This document shows positions 11,726 through 23,569 of a stretch of DNA of 64,000 nucleotides, in pieces. The stretch comes from Nageia nagi (Eukaryota > Plantae > Pinophyta). The position numbers and the translations under genes were made by a program. The notes beneath the pieces were generated by a model. That model was not told the origin of the DNA and made no database searches. It was given only the letters and a program-made list of their open reading frames with translations. The DNA lies in assembly GCA_050084985.1 (NCBI GenBank), contig JBITNC010000001.1:1054001-1118000 (forward strand), read 5' to 3'. Numbering within the stretch: the stretch's first letter is position 1; each line of letters opens with the position of its first letter.

Positions 11726-14700
11726 TAAGGGAATACAAGGAAGAGTATTAATGCATGAACACAACCACCATATTCATTAACCAATTTAGTGTATTCTATT
11801 CTACTATAAACCCAATTCATTTACCTTAAGTTCATTCCAAGTTTAGTAATAGTTAATCACCCCTTCCAAGTGTGGAAGTAACTTAGTGTAGATTCATTTA
11901 CCAAATTAATGTGATGATGTGGAAAAATAAAATTTCATTTCCCCTTTTCCTATCCAATCCATTTTGGTCAACTCATATTGCTTTTCAATGCAAAGGGAGA
12001 GCATATGTGGATGAGATAGAAAAAGTTATTAAGTTAAATGCTTTTCTTTGCATGATCCCTACCTAACAAATAAGTAAATGGAACTTTAAAAATAAATAAT
12101 ATCAGTGTTAAATTAATGCAATTTTAACATTAACATTAACTACACTTTCTTATATGCACTCTAAATAAAGGGATCATAAATAAGGGGTTCATTCTCGATT
12201 CTTATCCTTAAGTTCCTACATTGTGCTTGTTGTATTGATGAGAATTAAAAATGTCATCTCTATTTTTTAAATGTTGGCATTCCAACCCAATTGTTGGCAT
12301 TCTCATTCAATCATTAGCATTTGGTACTTGATCGTTGATGATTATGTTACAAGACTTGAAAAAAATAGAATAAACAAAACCTTAATTAAACTCAAAACCA
12401 CAAGATGCAAAATAAATAAAAATTCATAAAAACATTGATAAACCCCCTATATTTTATCACTAATGGTATCTTTCATGCAGAGGTTCAAGCCCTCCTTCTA
12501 GTGCTAGAATGTACTACCCAAAAAGCAATCATGTTAGCAAATAAGACAAATAATATCAAAATAAATATGTGTTTTATTGCTCTTGGGTAGACCTCAAATG
12601 TATAATTATGAATCTCTAGATTCATAGTGCCTTACCATAAGGGCTTTTACAAAATTATGTTTTAGAGCCTCTTGGGCTTTTACAAAGTCACCAATATTCT
12701 AGATGAAGTTATCAGCTATTATCTCCAATTGTTGGATTCTAAGATGTAGTCACTGGCATTTCTACAACTAGAGTGTGTTTCTTGTTGAATCTCATCTTCT
12801 ACTTTGTCTCTTATTAGTCTCTTGTTTCCTATTTGTTATTTCCTTAGTAAACCTTTCATATTTCATACCTCAGCACCTGTGGACCCTACACACATGCCAA
12901 AACAAACCATCAAACATACATGCTCACATAAAAATATGAAGTACTAAACTGATATACATGAATAAGTGCATAAAAAAATTACTTAACTCTTCAAAAGCTC
13001 TATGTGAATTTCCATAGAGTTCTTTTACTTCTAATTCAGGTCCTTTTCTTCAATGTTGAAGGTTTTATTTATAAATTGAGAAAACTAAAGAAGTTTCCAT
13101 TTTGAAGATAAAAATTAAGATAAAAAAGCTTATCTAGTCTTGTCATGGTTGTGATCTAGTACTCAAATGCATAAGATTGGTGATGAGTCATCCTTAATCT
13201 GTAACTTTTTAGAGAAGTCATTTAATAACTTATCATTTTTGTTTTAATTTTTCCAATCATAGAGTTGTCAACATTTGGGTGTTGGATGACAACATTTGGT
13301 ATGGGTCGTAAACATTCATAATCGAATGCTAGCATTTTGGTTTTATTATAACTTTTATAATAACATTTTATTTTCATCTCCTCTTTTGAATTTTGAAATA
13401 TGGGTCATTTTTGGGTGTCTACAAAAGATAAACATTTATCTTTAAGTTGTGAAATAAATCTCCTTACTAAATTCATATTACCTTGTAGGATCCTTAATTG
13501 CTTTAAGTTTTTTGGAGGTAGCATACTTACAATTGCAATTACCTTCTTGGGATCCACCTCAATACCTCATCTAGAAATCATAAACCCTAAAAGCTTTCTT
13601 GAAGTAACACAAAAGGCACACTTTTATAGTTTTAATCTAAGCTTGTATTTCTTTAGAATGCCAAATACCTCTTCAAGGAGTTCCAAATGATCATGTCCAT
13701 GTTTAGACTTTACAAATCTATCATCAACATAAACTTATACAAACTTGTGAATTTGTTCATGAAACATAGGAACCATTGCACATTAATAAGTTGCACTTGC
13801 ATTTTTTAGTCCAAATGGCATAACTTTCCAACAAAATTTCCCCATGATGTAGTAAAGGTTATTTTATGTTGATCAACTGGATTAATTAAAATTTGATTGT
13901 AACCAAAGAAATCATCCTTAAACGATAATGTATCATGACCAACAATGCTATCCATAATCATATCAATATTTGGTAAGGCAAAATCATCTTTTGGACATGC
14001 ATTATTAATATCCCTAAAGTCAGTACAAATCCATATTTCTCTAGTTAGTTTAATAATAATAAAAATACTAGCCATCCATTCTAAATAATCTATAGGCATA
14101 ATAAAATCAACATTCAAATACTTTTCAATTTCCTTTTTGACTAATAATGCTTTTGATGGATGCATCTTCCTTGGTTTTTGCTTTACAGGTTTTGCATATT
14201 TTTTAAATGGTAAACTATGCCTAACAAAATATGTATCTAAACAAGGCATGTTAGAATAAGACCAAGAAAACATTTTATTACATTCAATGAATTTTTTTCT
14301 ATACCTCTTAGTATGGTATTGGAAGAGCAAATTCAATTTTTATCAACCTCTCTTGATCACTTGTGCTAATATTGACATTTATCAATTCTTCTATAGAAAA
14401 TATGGACTCATCTTTTCTTTGTAATAACAAAGGCAATTCCTCTAATCTTGGTATTTCTTGGCTATTGGGATCATCTTCATCAACTTGCTGAACCTGAAAC
14501 ACTTCATTGAAATTTATCTCTTGTCCAAAATATCCGTATTGACTAAGGACATAATTTGGTTACCTCTTTGGATTTGATTTGGGTGATTCTAAATGTGCCC
14601 CCATGTATTCTAATATGTCATCATCCATAGCAAAGCAATCAAACTCAAGTGGTATAGTATCATCTATCCATTTTACCTCATCAATTTCATCACATAGTTC

Positions 14701-17542
14701 TATTATATTGAATTTTGGAACAAAATTAATAGGTCATGTAGTTTGTTTTATATTTTCATCACTACCCAATCCCTTCTTATCTTTCTTAGTTCCTAAATAA
14801 AAAGGAAAAGAAGGCATTCTTTATTTTGATTTTCCTAATCCTCCCTCTTTATATTTGCAATTGTCAACCATGTATTTTTGCACAAAGGGAGATGGGAAAG
14901 GATTACTTGTATTCATATTTTCTATTTTATCCTTTAACAAAATGGGGTTCGGAGATAAGGATGCTACCAAATAAGAACTTCCCATTTTCCCTTCACCTTC
15001 ATGATGTTCATGCCCTTTATTTCCTTCAGCATGGCATGTACACCCTGACTTGTTTACAATTTTCAGATGCCTCAAGTCTTTTACGAAAGCTAACGAATCA
15101 AAATTCTTAATTTTGTATGTTCCCATGCCTAATTTTATGACTTATATCTATTTTTACGCTTTTATCAATGTTGATTCTACCTCCAATGGAACTATCTGAA
15201 ACTTAAGATAATTTAAATCCAATCCTTCAATATCAAGATCTGCTAGATTACATAATGCATATGGTTTTAGATCCCCTATGACTATATGTATCTTTCCTTC
15301 ATATTCATATTTTAGATGAAGATGTATTGTAGAAGGTATTATATCCATATCATGTAACCAGGGTCTTCATAAGAGGAGGTTATACAAAATATTTTAAATC
15401 ATAACATGAAAGTTTGTTTGGACACTCTTGACACCCAATGTGATCTCTAGTGTAACTAAGACAAGAATTTTTTTAGTTGAACTATCATATGCCATTATTC
15501 GAAAGGTTGGATCTTCTAAGGGTGGGATAGTTACATCATTGCTTTCAAATTATTGTAAGAAATTTTGGGAACAAACATTAATAGTTGAACCAAGATCTAC
15601 CATTTCTATTTTTATTTCTAAATCATGGATCATTGGGGTAATAAAAGAGTGCAAAGCATTTAACTATTAGTTCTTTGCTAAGTTTTTTTAGATCTAAAGA
15701 AAGAGATAGCATCACAATCTTTAATGGACTAAATTTTTTCAAAAAATATGGTAGCAAAAATGTTGTTAGGAACTATTTCTTTTTTGAACAAATCATATAA
15801 TACTTCTCTATGTTTTCCAAATGTCCTAGTGAGATTAAACAAGCTAATTTTAGCAATAGTTTTTAACTATTCAATCATGTTATAAGCTCTTGGATATGAT
15901 GGAAGACTTTCATGTTCATTTGTAGCTAGATTTTTATGTGGATGTGGATTGGATCTTATATGTCCTCTTTTGAGTGTGGTGTAAATCTCTTCATCCACTG
16001 ATACTGTATTCACTACATTATATGGATTTGAAGCATTTTCATTAATTTCTTACTTTCCTTGAGCAATTAGATCCAATATATCTTCCTCAGGAGTTTTACA
16101 ACTATTCGTGGGGTGTCCTCTTCTTTGATGATATGAGCAATAAGCATCTGAATTCTCCATGAAAACATTATCATCTTCTGCCTTTCTTTCCAATGGCCTT
16201 AACAAGCTTATTTTAATCACATCTTGTAAAATGAGCCTGGGTGGAATAGGGAAAGTGAATGTACGAGTCCTTATTGTAGTATATATTGTAAGAATCAATT
16301 TATTAGCCATATTGATATTATTTTCTACTTTTTTCACATATGATTTCTTACTTTCTTTGTTGCATGTTGTACTTGCATAATAGAGTGTTCCCAATTCAAT
16401 CAACACTTTTTCTTTTAAAATTATTTTTCTAGTCAATGCTCCAAAACCCAATTTGGTATAATCAAGACCATGTTGCTTTATAACTGGAAGAAAGAATCAA
16501 CTAAAATACCATAAATTTTTCTTTCATCCAAATGAATACAAATGATTTTTCGTACATTTTTGGAATTATGGAATATACTTCTCTAGCATTTCATAATTTC
16601 CTTGATGCAGTGCACACAACTTTGTAACTTTACTTTATCCTTTAACATTATGCTTGTATTAATTCATAAATACTTTTACCAATAAATAAAATAAATCAAT
16701 AGATCCTTCAGACATATTATAGAATCATTAACTGACATCACCTTTCAAACTCCTTAGGAAGAACTTCATCATTAATTTCTCCTTAGATCCCAATTTCAAT
16801 AAGCACTCCTCCTGAAATCCAATAAGATATTGCTTTGGGTCTTGTTCACCATTGAACATCTTTGTGGGCCTTGAGATTAGGTGGTAGGGGATAATTATGG
16901 ATATTTTCTCACAAGGGTGTGGTGAATACACCATCATAGTCTTCATTACTATTCTAAGATCTACTATTTTTCAATTTTATAATTCTTACCATCACCTTAG
17001 GTGCAATCGTTTGATTATTGCTTGTTGTTACTTGTGGCTTTGGAATAAATTGAGTCATAGTTTGAGTTAGGGTTGTTATCACTTGAGTTAGGATAGCATC
17101 ATTTAAGGTAGGGCTTGAGTTATTATGGTGTTGATTCCTCATACTCAGATAAAGCACGATGAAAATATAGTTAGATCCGTATGAGAATTTTTGTGAGATC
17201 TTAATCAGGAGGGTAAAGATCATTCGAAATAATGGGTTCACCAAATATGTAGATAAGAAATAATGCACAATGTAATAAATAAGACATTATTTCTCTACAA
17301 TCCAAATATTGAAGTATACATCTAAAATATATTAGTTATTACAGTAATAAATAACATACCTTATCAAATCTGATAGTCTAGTCACATACAACACCTTCAC
17401 ATAATCACTATGAACATAAGCATGACATGAACGACATCAACATCCCTTGCACTAGCACATCTTCAACATCATAAATAATTAGGAATCAGATGTGCAAACA
17501 ATGATATAAGAAATACGATGAAGGGATAATAACAAATCTACA
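11726..17542 (-). mobile_element. Ty3/Gypsy element E, Tat/Ogre-like, degenerate; 3' LTR not found in window
   Basis: 5' LTR 17248-17542 (TGTAGAT..ATCTACA), PBS 17234-17243, gag 16728-16946, knuckle YCSYHQRRGHPTNSC, protease ~15350-15650, G-patch-like ~14770-14890, RT (CTDFRDINNACPKDDFALPNID, FGYNQI) 13806-14336, integrase tail to ~12460. Confidence 0.85.
17234..17243 (-). promoter_or_regulatory. Primer-binding site of element E, probably tRNA-Trp
   Basis: The + strand GGGTTCACCA equals the 3' end of plant cytosolic tRNA-Trp as I recall it (..CGGGTTCACCA); 4 nt from the LTR end. Confidence 0.6.
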
Positions 17543-17551
17543 AATAGGTGG

Positions 17552-18230
17552 TGTTACAAAATATTGTTGTTATTCAGGTGTATGATAGGCATGGAGTATC
17601 TTATCCATTTGGTGATGATCTACTCATGTGTTAATCTTTGCCTTGATATTCTTTTATATCCACATCTGAATCTTCTCTCTGTCTTGGTATTATCATATAT
17701 TACATAATTGATGGTGCCTTTATGGGCATTTGATACAACTTACATTATTTGGTGATCCTATTACATTAAATACAATGCCTTGGGTGTATTTCGACCCCTT
17801 GTTTACAATAAATATCTTTTGATGCAATAAAAATGAATTATTAATAAATAAGAATTCATTTTTAAGTGTTTACAAGGAGACTATGAGGGAGTTTTTTGAT
17901 AAGTATAGTCTCAAAAGAAAAGAGAGAATAGTAAGATTATTCTAGTTCGATGAGTATATATTATAGAATAGGGTATTTGTTATTGTTAGGAGCATGTTGA
18001 GATCATCCTTATGATGATTTTAGAGATTCCATTATTCCTGAGAAGCAATTCTAGAGAGTTTATTGAAGAAAGACAAATTATATATTCCTTACTTACATAA
18101 TTGAAGAGAGTTTTTTGGTATTAGAGTTTTTCCCACATTGGATTTCTCTATGGTAAATGGGTGTCTTCTTCTTTATGGTGATGTTCTCTATTTTACACTT
18201 GATGCTTGAAATTGACAATATTTCATTTAA
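17552..18230 (+). repeat. Probable LTR of another degenerate element (right end approximate)
   Basis: Starts TGTTAC after a short purine-rich run; contains TTTTTCCCACATTGGATTTCTC, resembling a U5 motif of gymnosperm LTRs. Confidence 0.4.
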
Positions 18231-19099
18231 ATTCATGGTTGCTTAAAATCTACTCATTTTATCATATTTACTTATCTTTTTGGAATAATAAGCTTTTAAA
18301 TACCTATGTAATGATCTAAGAATGTTATAGACAACTTGGATTTACTTATCACCCTTCCTACCTAAGAACCATGGGTCTAGTTTTAGGACTTTGTTTACAT
18401 TCTCTTATCTTTTGAATTTGAACAATAAGAAATTTTGTGGGAGATTGATTAGTTCTATTGGGTTAAAATTATACCATTTTTTAATTACCTATCTTTTGAT
18501 TACATCTAGATTGGGTTTTATTCCAACAAATGTACCAATTAATGTGTTCTTCCTCTTATCTATTTCAAAATTCATTATTTATTTAGAGATGGTAATCTGT
18601 GCCTCATTATCAATGATTTTTACTTTAATCTTGAAATTGATGAGATCCTTAGGCTTCTCTCTTGTTACTACATTTTCCCATGAACACAAAGGTTTGGGAT
18701 CCAATCTCCATTTGGATTTATTCATTTAATCACTCTTATCATTTAGCTACCTGAAGCTCTTTACTATCTTTTGTCAAATTCTTATTATTTGTAGATCATG
18801 AATGGCTTCTCTTATTACCAATGATTCTTTTTATTGCATCATAACCACTTAATCCTTACACCTTATCATTGAGTCTTACCCTAATATTTGATGCCTACAC
18901 AAGGGCGGTTGACCTCTCATCGCATGTGATCGAATCCCCACCATCATCGAACCCTTACATGCCCTAATTTTCTCCTTCACATGCAATTATCAAGAATATC
19001 TCCAAATTTTCAAGCATAGATCATTCACAATATCTAATTATAGGTAAGATAATCATTTCATTCATAAGGAATTATTTTAGGATGACTTTAGGTGATTGG

Positions 19100-19560
19100 T
19101 ATTCTTTGAAAATTTTCCCTTTGATTAAAGGACTTAATGAGGATGTTGTTTGATGGATCATGCCAAATGACATTAATATTTTTCTTAAAATCATTATTCT
19201 TGAAATTAGAATTTGCGAAATTAGGTATAAAAGAAGAATTTTAATTTTGAATTTATCATAATTAGTTAACCTATTTCGTAATCAAATTCTTGCTTCCCTA
19301 AATTGTTTAATGAAGTCTATCATATATTCATTACATTCTTATTTAATTTCATACAAATTAATAATACAAAAATTACCTTTAATATTACATAAAGATTTCT
19401 GCAAGGTTCTAAAAATCATATATGGTGTTAAAAGGTAACTTATAAAATCTTTAAAGGGTATATTCAATAAGACTATAAGGGAATAATTTAGTTTCTAATA
19501 GTTGGTTATGGATAAATGTGGAAGAATTTAGATTATGTATAGTCATATGGTTGGATAATC
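19100..19560 (-). pseudogene. Highly degenerate Gypsy gag fragment
   Basis: The - strand translation NLYEIK*ECNEYMIDFIKQFREA resembles the Retrotrans_gag Q..E...DF..RF motif. Confidence 0.4.
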
Positions 19561-21699
19561 TTTCAAACTAAATAGGGTTATGTTTTAGGGTGATGAGGAT
19601 ATAGTTGAAGAAAATATTAATATGAAAAGAAAAATTATTTCAATTAACTAAGTAATGAAACTTAGATAACTTACATAATATATTATGGTAATGATAAGTA
19701 TATGTAAAATGTAAAGATAAATACATGTAATGTCGAAGGGTCAAGTGTGATAGAAATGATATTTGTTTAGTGATGTTTACTTTGACTTGGCTTTGATCTT
19801 TATCTTTGATTTCTTATTAAATCCTTTTTGAATTAGATCTATAATTAGATACTAAGAAGGTCAAATTTGAGAGCCATCCGAGTTAGCGATGGGTTTCAGG
19901 GATTTTGCCTTTATAAGTGTACTTGATGATTTAAAAGTTATTTATCCAAGTAATCAAAATAGAAATCATGACAATAAAAATACGTCAATAAAACTCAACC
20001 TTATATAATAGGAATGCAAAAATGTAGAAATAATATGTAAAAATACTATAATGATCTTGTATGTTATTTCATGATCTTCAAAATTATAGAAAAATATTAT
20101 GATAATCTTGAAAAATATTATTGTAATTCCTACAAGAACACCATTTATGATGTATATGACCTATAAATAAAATATACATTAGCTTAGATATCTTAACTAT
20201 ATATCTAAAAATACCAAGAGGTATCAATCTTTGATGTCTATCTTTTTTGTTTCGAAGTATGATTTTTAAGATAGACATCTTGAGATTGATACCTCTCAAC
20301 ATTTTTAGATATATATCTAAAATATCTATGCTAGTTTAATAATATAATTTGATTTTTAATAATACCAATCAAGAATAAATCAGATTATTAAATCTATATA
20401 GGTGAAGGTAAAGTATATTAACGTCCACAATAAACCAACTGATCTGTGGGATGGATAATTGTAGTAGGCTATTACTAATGCATGAGTTAAATAACATTTT
20501 TGTTTATTGTGTTATTCAAAATTGTATTTATGTAAAATTTACATGATTTTCCTAAATAACTCTTCAACAATATTTTAATTTATTCATATAAGAAATTAAC
20601 TATGTCACATATATTCACATTTTAATTGATTTTATTTGTAGGTTCGAATGTATTTACATTATGCATTGAAGAGAGTGGATTTACATTATGCATTAGAACA
20701 TGTTTAAGGACGAATATTTGGATCCTTACCCTCTCTAAGCTGCTATTATAAGATGCCTTTCAACGTAATAACTAATTTATACATATCAATATTTTTATGG
20801 AAAATGAAGATGCACATTAAATTTATTACCAAGTTCAAAATATTTAACAATATAATAAAACAATAAGAAAATTAAAATAGAAAATACATGTTCTTCAATT
20901 TAGATGAACCCTCCTACATGTATCCTAACGTTACTATGTAATTTTTCATATATATTTTTATTTTAAAATTATAAGCCTTCCCTTAAAATATTTTGATATT
21001 AATTATAAAAATGTATGAAACAAATACTAAACCAATACATGAATTGACATATAGGAGAATTGGAGAGGTGGGTAGTTCAAAGCTCTCAAATACTGGAGGC
21101 CCAAGTTCAAAATTCTCTACTCATAAAAATTGAAATATACTTAAAACTCTTATTGAGTTTATGATAAATATGAATGAGATAAGGATCGTATCCTTCATGA
21201 ATTTTGATAGCATAAATACCTTTCAATAACGATTCTAAACTTAAAAATTCATAATACATCAATAAACAAAGTAAAAAAAAAAAAATTAAACCAATACAAA
21301 TGGCATTACAATACCAATTAAATACTCTCTTCAACATTTGTAGTATATAAATGATAAAGTTACTTTTGCATTCAGCTAGCTTTTCTGAAAAAAAAACCTA
21401 AACTTGTTCTTAACTTGTTGAGCATTAAGAAAAATGTGAGGAGCTGTATATGTAGAATGGGTTCCTTTTAAGAAAGAGGAGGGCAAGTGTGCACTCAAAG
21501 ATTCTTGCTTTCCCACAGGGCAACCATGCTCTCTCCCTCTCATTTTAAAAGAGGGGTGGTGTTGTCGGCATTGCCATTGTCAATGTCACCTATTGCATCA
21601 TCGCAAAGCAAAACTAACGTGTCCAATTTCAACACTATAAAGGCCTTCCATAGATTCCATTTCATTGAAAGCTCCTAATATAACACGCCCTTCGTTATT

Positions 21700-22213
21700 A
21701 ACCCTGTTTTGATTTGAGGACAAAAAAAGCAATATTAAATTTAGCGCGCCCTGCCCTCAATTGTGGGAAGTTGCGTCCTTCACAAATACAAACACCACCG
21801 TTTGGGATTTCAATACTCGTTCCAATTCCCTCACAACTGGGTTATTTTTCGATTTCAGCACAATATCCTGCCCGTTTGAAGATTGCAAACACCCTACTTT
21901 CGTGTCAGAATCCATGTGTGAAGAAAATCCATTGCTTGCAGAGGCTTAAAAAGCCTTTCGGACACACCCAGATTCTGCGAGCTTCTGGGTCATCGGAATT
22001 TGCAAGCTGAGGAGTTTCCGGGTGGAAAAGCGTTCAGGGCAGGGCTTTCTGGGGTGGCTTTTGGTGTTGAATTACAGTTTTTTGCTGTCTTGGGCATTTA
22101 GGCGCGGTGGGAATTTTAGTGGCTTTCGAACGGCTCTGGTAACAACGGGGTGAATTGATTCCAGTGGGTTTCTGTTGCATGGAAAATTGCGCTGGTTTTC
22201 GCTTTATTAAAAG
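21700..22213 (+). promoter_or_regulatory. ATG9: Probable ATG9 promoter and non-coding first exon
   Basis: Local rise in GC and CpG against the CpG-depleted flanks; strong donor AAG|GTATGC at 22213/22214 followed by T-rich intron-like sequence; TSS not determinable. Confidence 0.55.
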
Positions 22214-22845
22214 GTATGCATTGCGGAATCTAGTACCTTGGTTTTATTCTAGAGGAATATGGTTATTTTGGGTTTTAGGGAATTGAACATTTAGGTTTTT
22301 CAATGTGACTTTGAAGAGGGTTAATTTTGTGAGTTGCATACAATTTTTCTTTGTCTAATAGAAGAGGTATTGCTCTTAAGGTCTAGTGTTTAAAAATTCC
22401 ACCTATCTCGGTTCAAAACTGATGTTGTTAGTTTATTTGATATAAGGAAACCACAATATAGCCTAGTGTACCAGTAAATCTTATCAGAATTCTTACAGTT
22501 TTGTTGAAATAAGGGTTTTGAAGGCAGTAGATAACATGTAAACTGAAGGTTTTAGTCCCCATTGTCGTGTGAAAGAGAGAAGTAAAAGATAATTCTAGGG
22601 ATCATACAACCAACTAATGGTTGGAAAGGTGCACAATTTGATACGTTTTTGTCGGGTTATTGGTATCATGGGAGTATGCTGTATGTTTATTGCTGCCACA
22701 GGTGGGATACGGTGAACGTACTTGTTTGTGTTTGTATGTCATTGGTTTCTTGGACAATGGCTAATAGTTTGTAGTTCTTAGCTTCGGTGTTGGTGGCATA
22801 GAGATTAGGGTCTTGTAGCTATGCCGAACTTTTGCATTATTGCCC

Positions 22846-23252
22846 AGTTCATTTGTACTTCTTGAGGTAGTGATATACTTGTATGTGATAGTGCTAGTGT
22901 AAAAACAGGTTTAAAAGGTACTCTTAATTTGTCGGTTTAGCTGGAGAGCAGTTTTTTTTTACCACTAATGATTTCTGTGCCAATATATCATTTACCAAAA
23001 AGTTGAATGCTTGATGTCTGTTACTCACATTTCTGTTTTATTGCTTAGTTCATTTTCACTTCTTGATGTAGTGGAGGACTTGCATGTGACAGTGCTAGTA
23101 TAAACTAGGTTTAAAAAGTACTTTAAATCTGTGGGTTTAGTTGCAGAGTAGTGCTTTATTTTTTTACAAATAGCAATTTCTATGTCTCTATGTCATACGG
23201 GTCTTTTATCACTGACAGACCAAAATGCTTGATGTTTTTTTACTAATTCATT
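22846..23252 (+). repeat. Diverged tandem duplication, period ~201 bp
   Basis: AGTTCATTT..ACTTCTTGA.GTAGTG..GTGCTAGT..GGTTTAAAA.GTACT at 22846 and 23047. Confidence 0.75.
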
Positions 23253-23569
23253 GTCTGAAGAGGTCTATTTCAATGAAATAGTGCAGGAGAATCTACATAG
23301 AAAATTATGCAATATGAACTTGGAACAAAGATTCCCGTTGGGTTTCACTAGGAAGCAATGCTATAATATTTGGGTTCATAAATGTTTTTGAGTAGTCAAA
23401 AGAGCCAACAATATTTTCATGTTTTCTAGTTTGTTATAATGCACAGTGTTTGTAGAAATTAGTTTTTTGTAGGTGAGTTTATTTGAGCTTTGCTAGTGAA
23501 TTTCATCACTCAAGCATGTGTACGATCAAAGTAAATTCCAATCTGAGTTCTCCCTTTATCATGAATAAG

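Noticed and set aside
20180-20325. AT-rich palindromes such as TTTTAGATATATATCTAAAA
   Set aside because: Low complexity, with no TIR/TSD pair defining a MITE.
21487-22010. ORFs 21487-21678, 21714-22010 and 21761-21949 as small genes
   Set aside because: They have non-ATG starts and no recognisable domains; the region is better explained as GC-richer promoter or 5' UTR.
23255-23282. CTGAAGAG...GAAA hammerhead-like core upstream of the PLE
   Set aside because: Stem II cannot form convincingly and I could not identify stems I and III.
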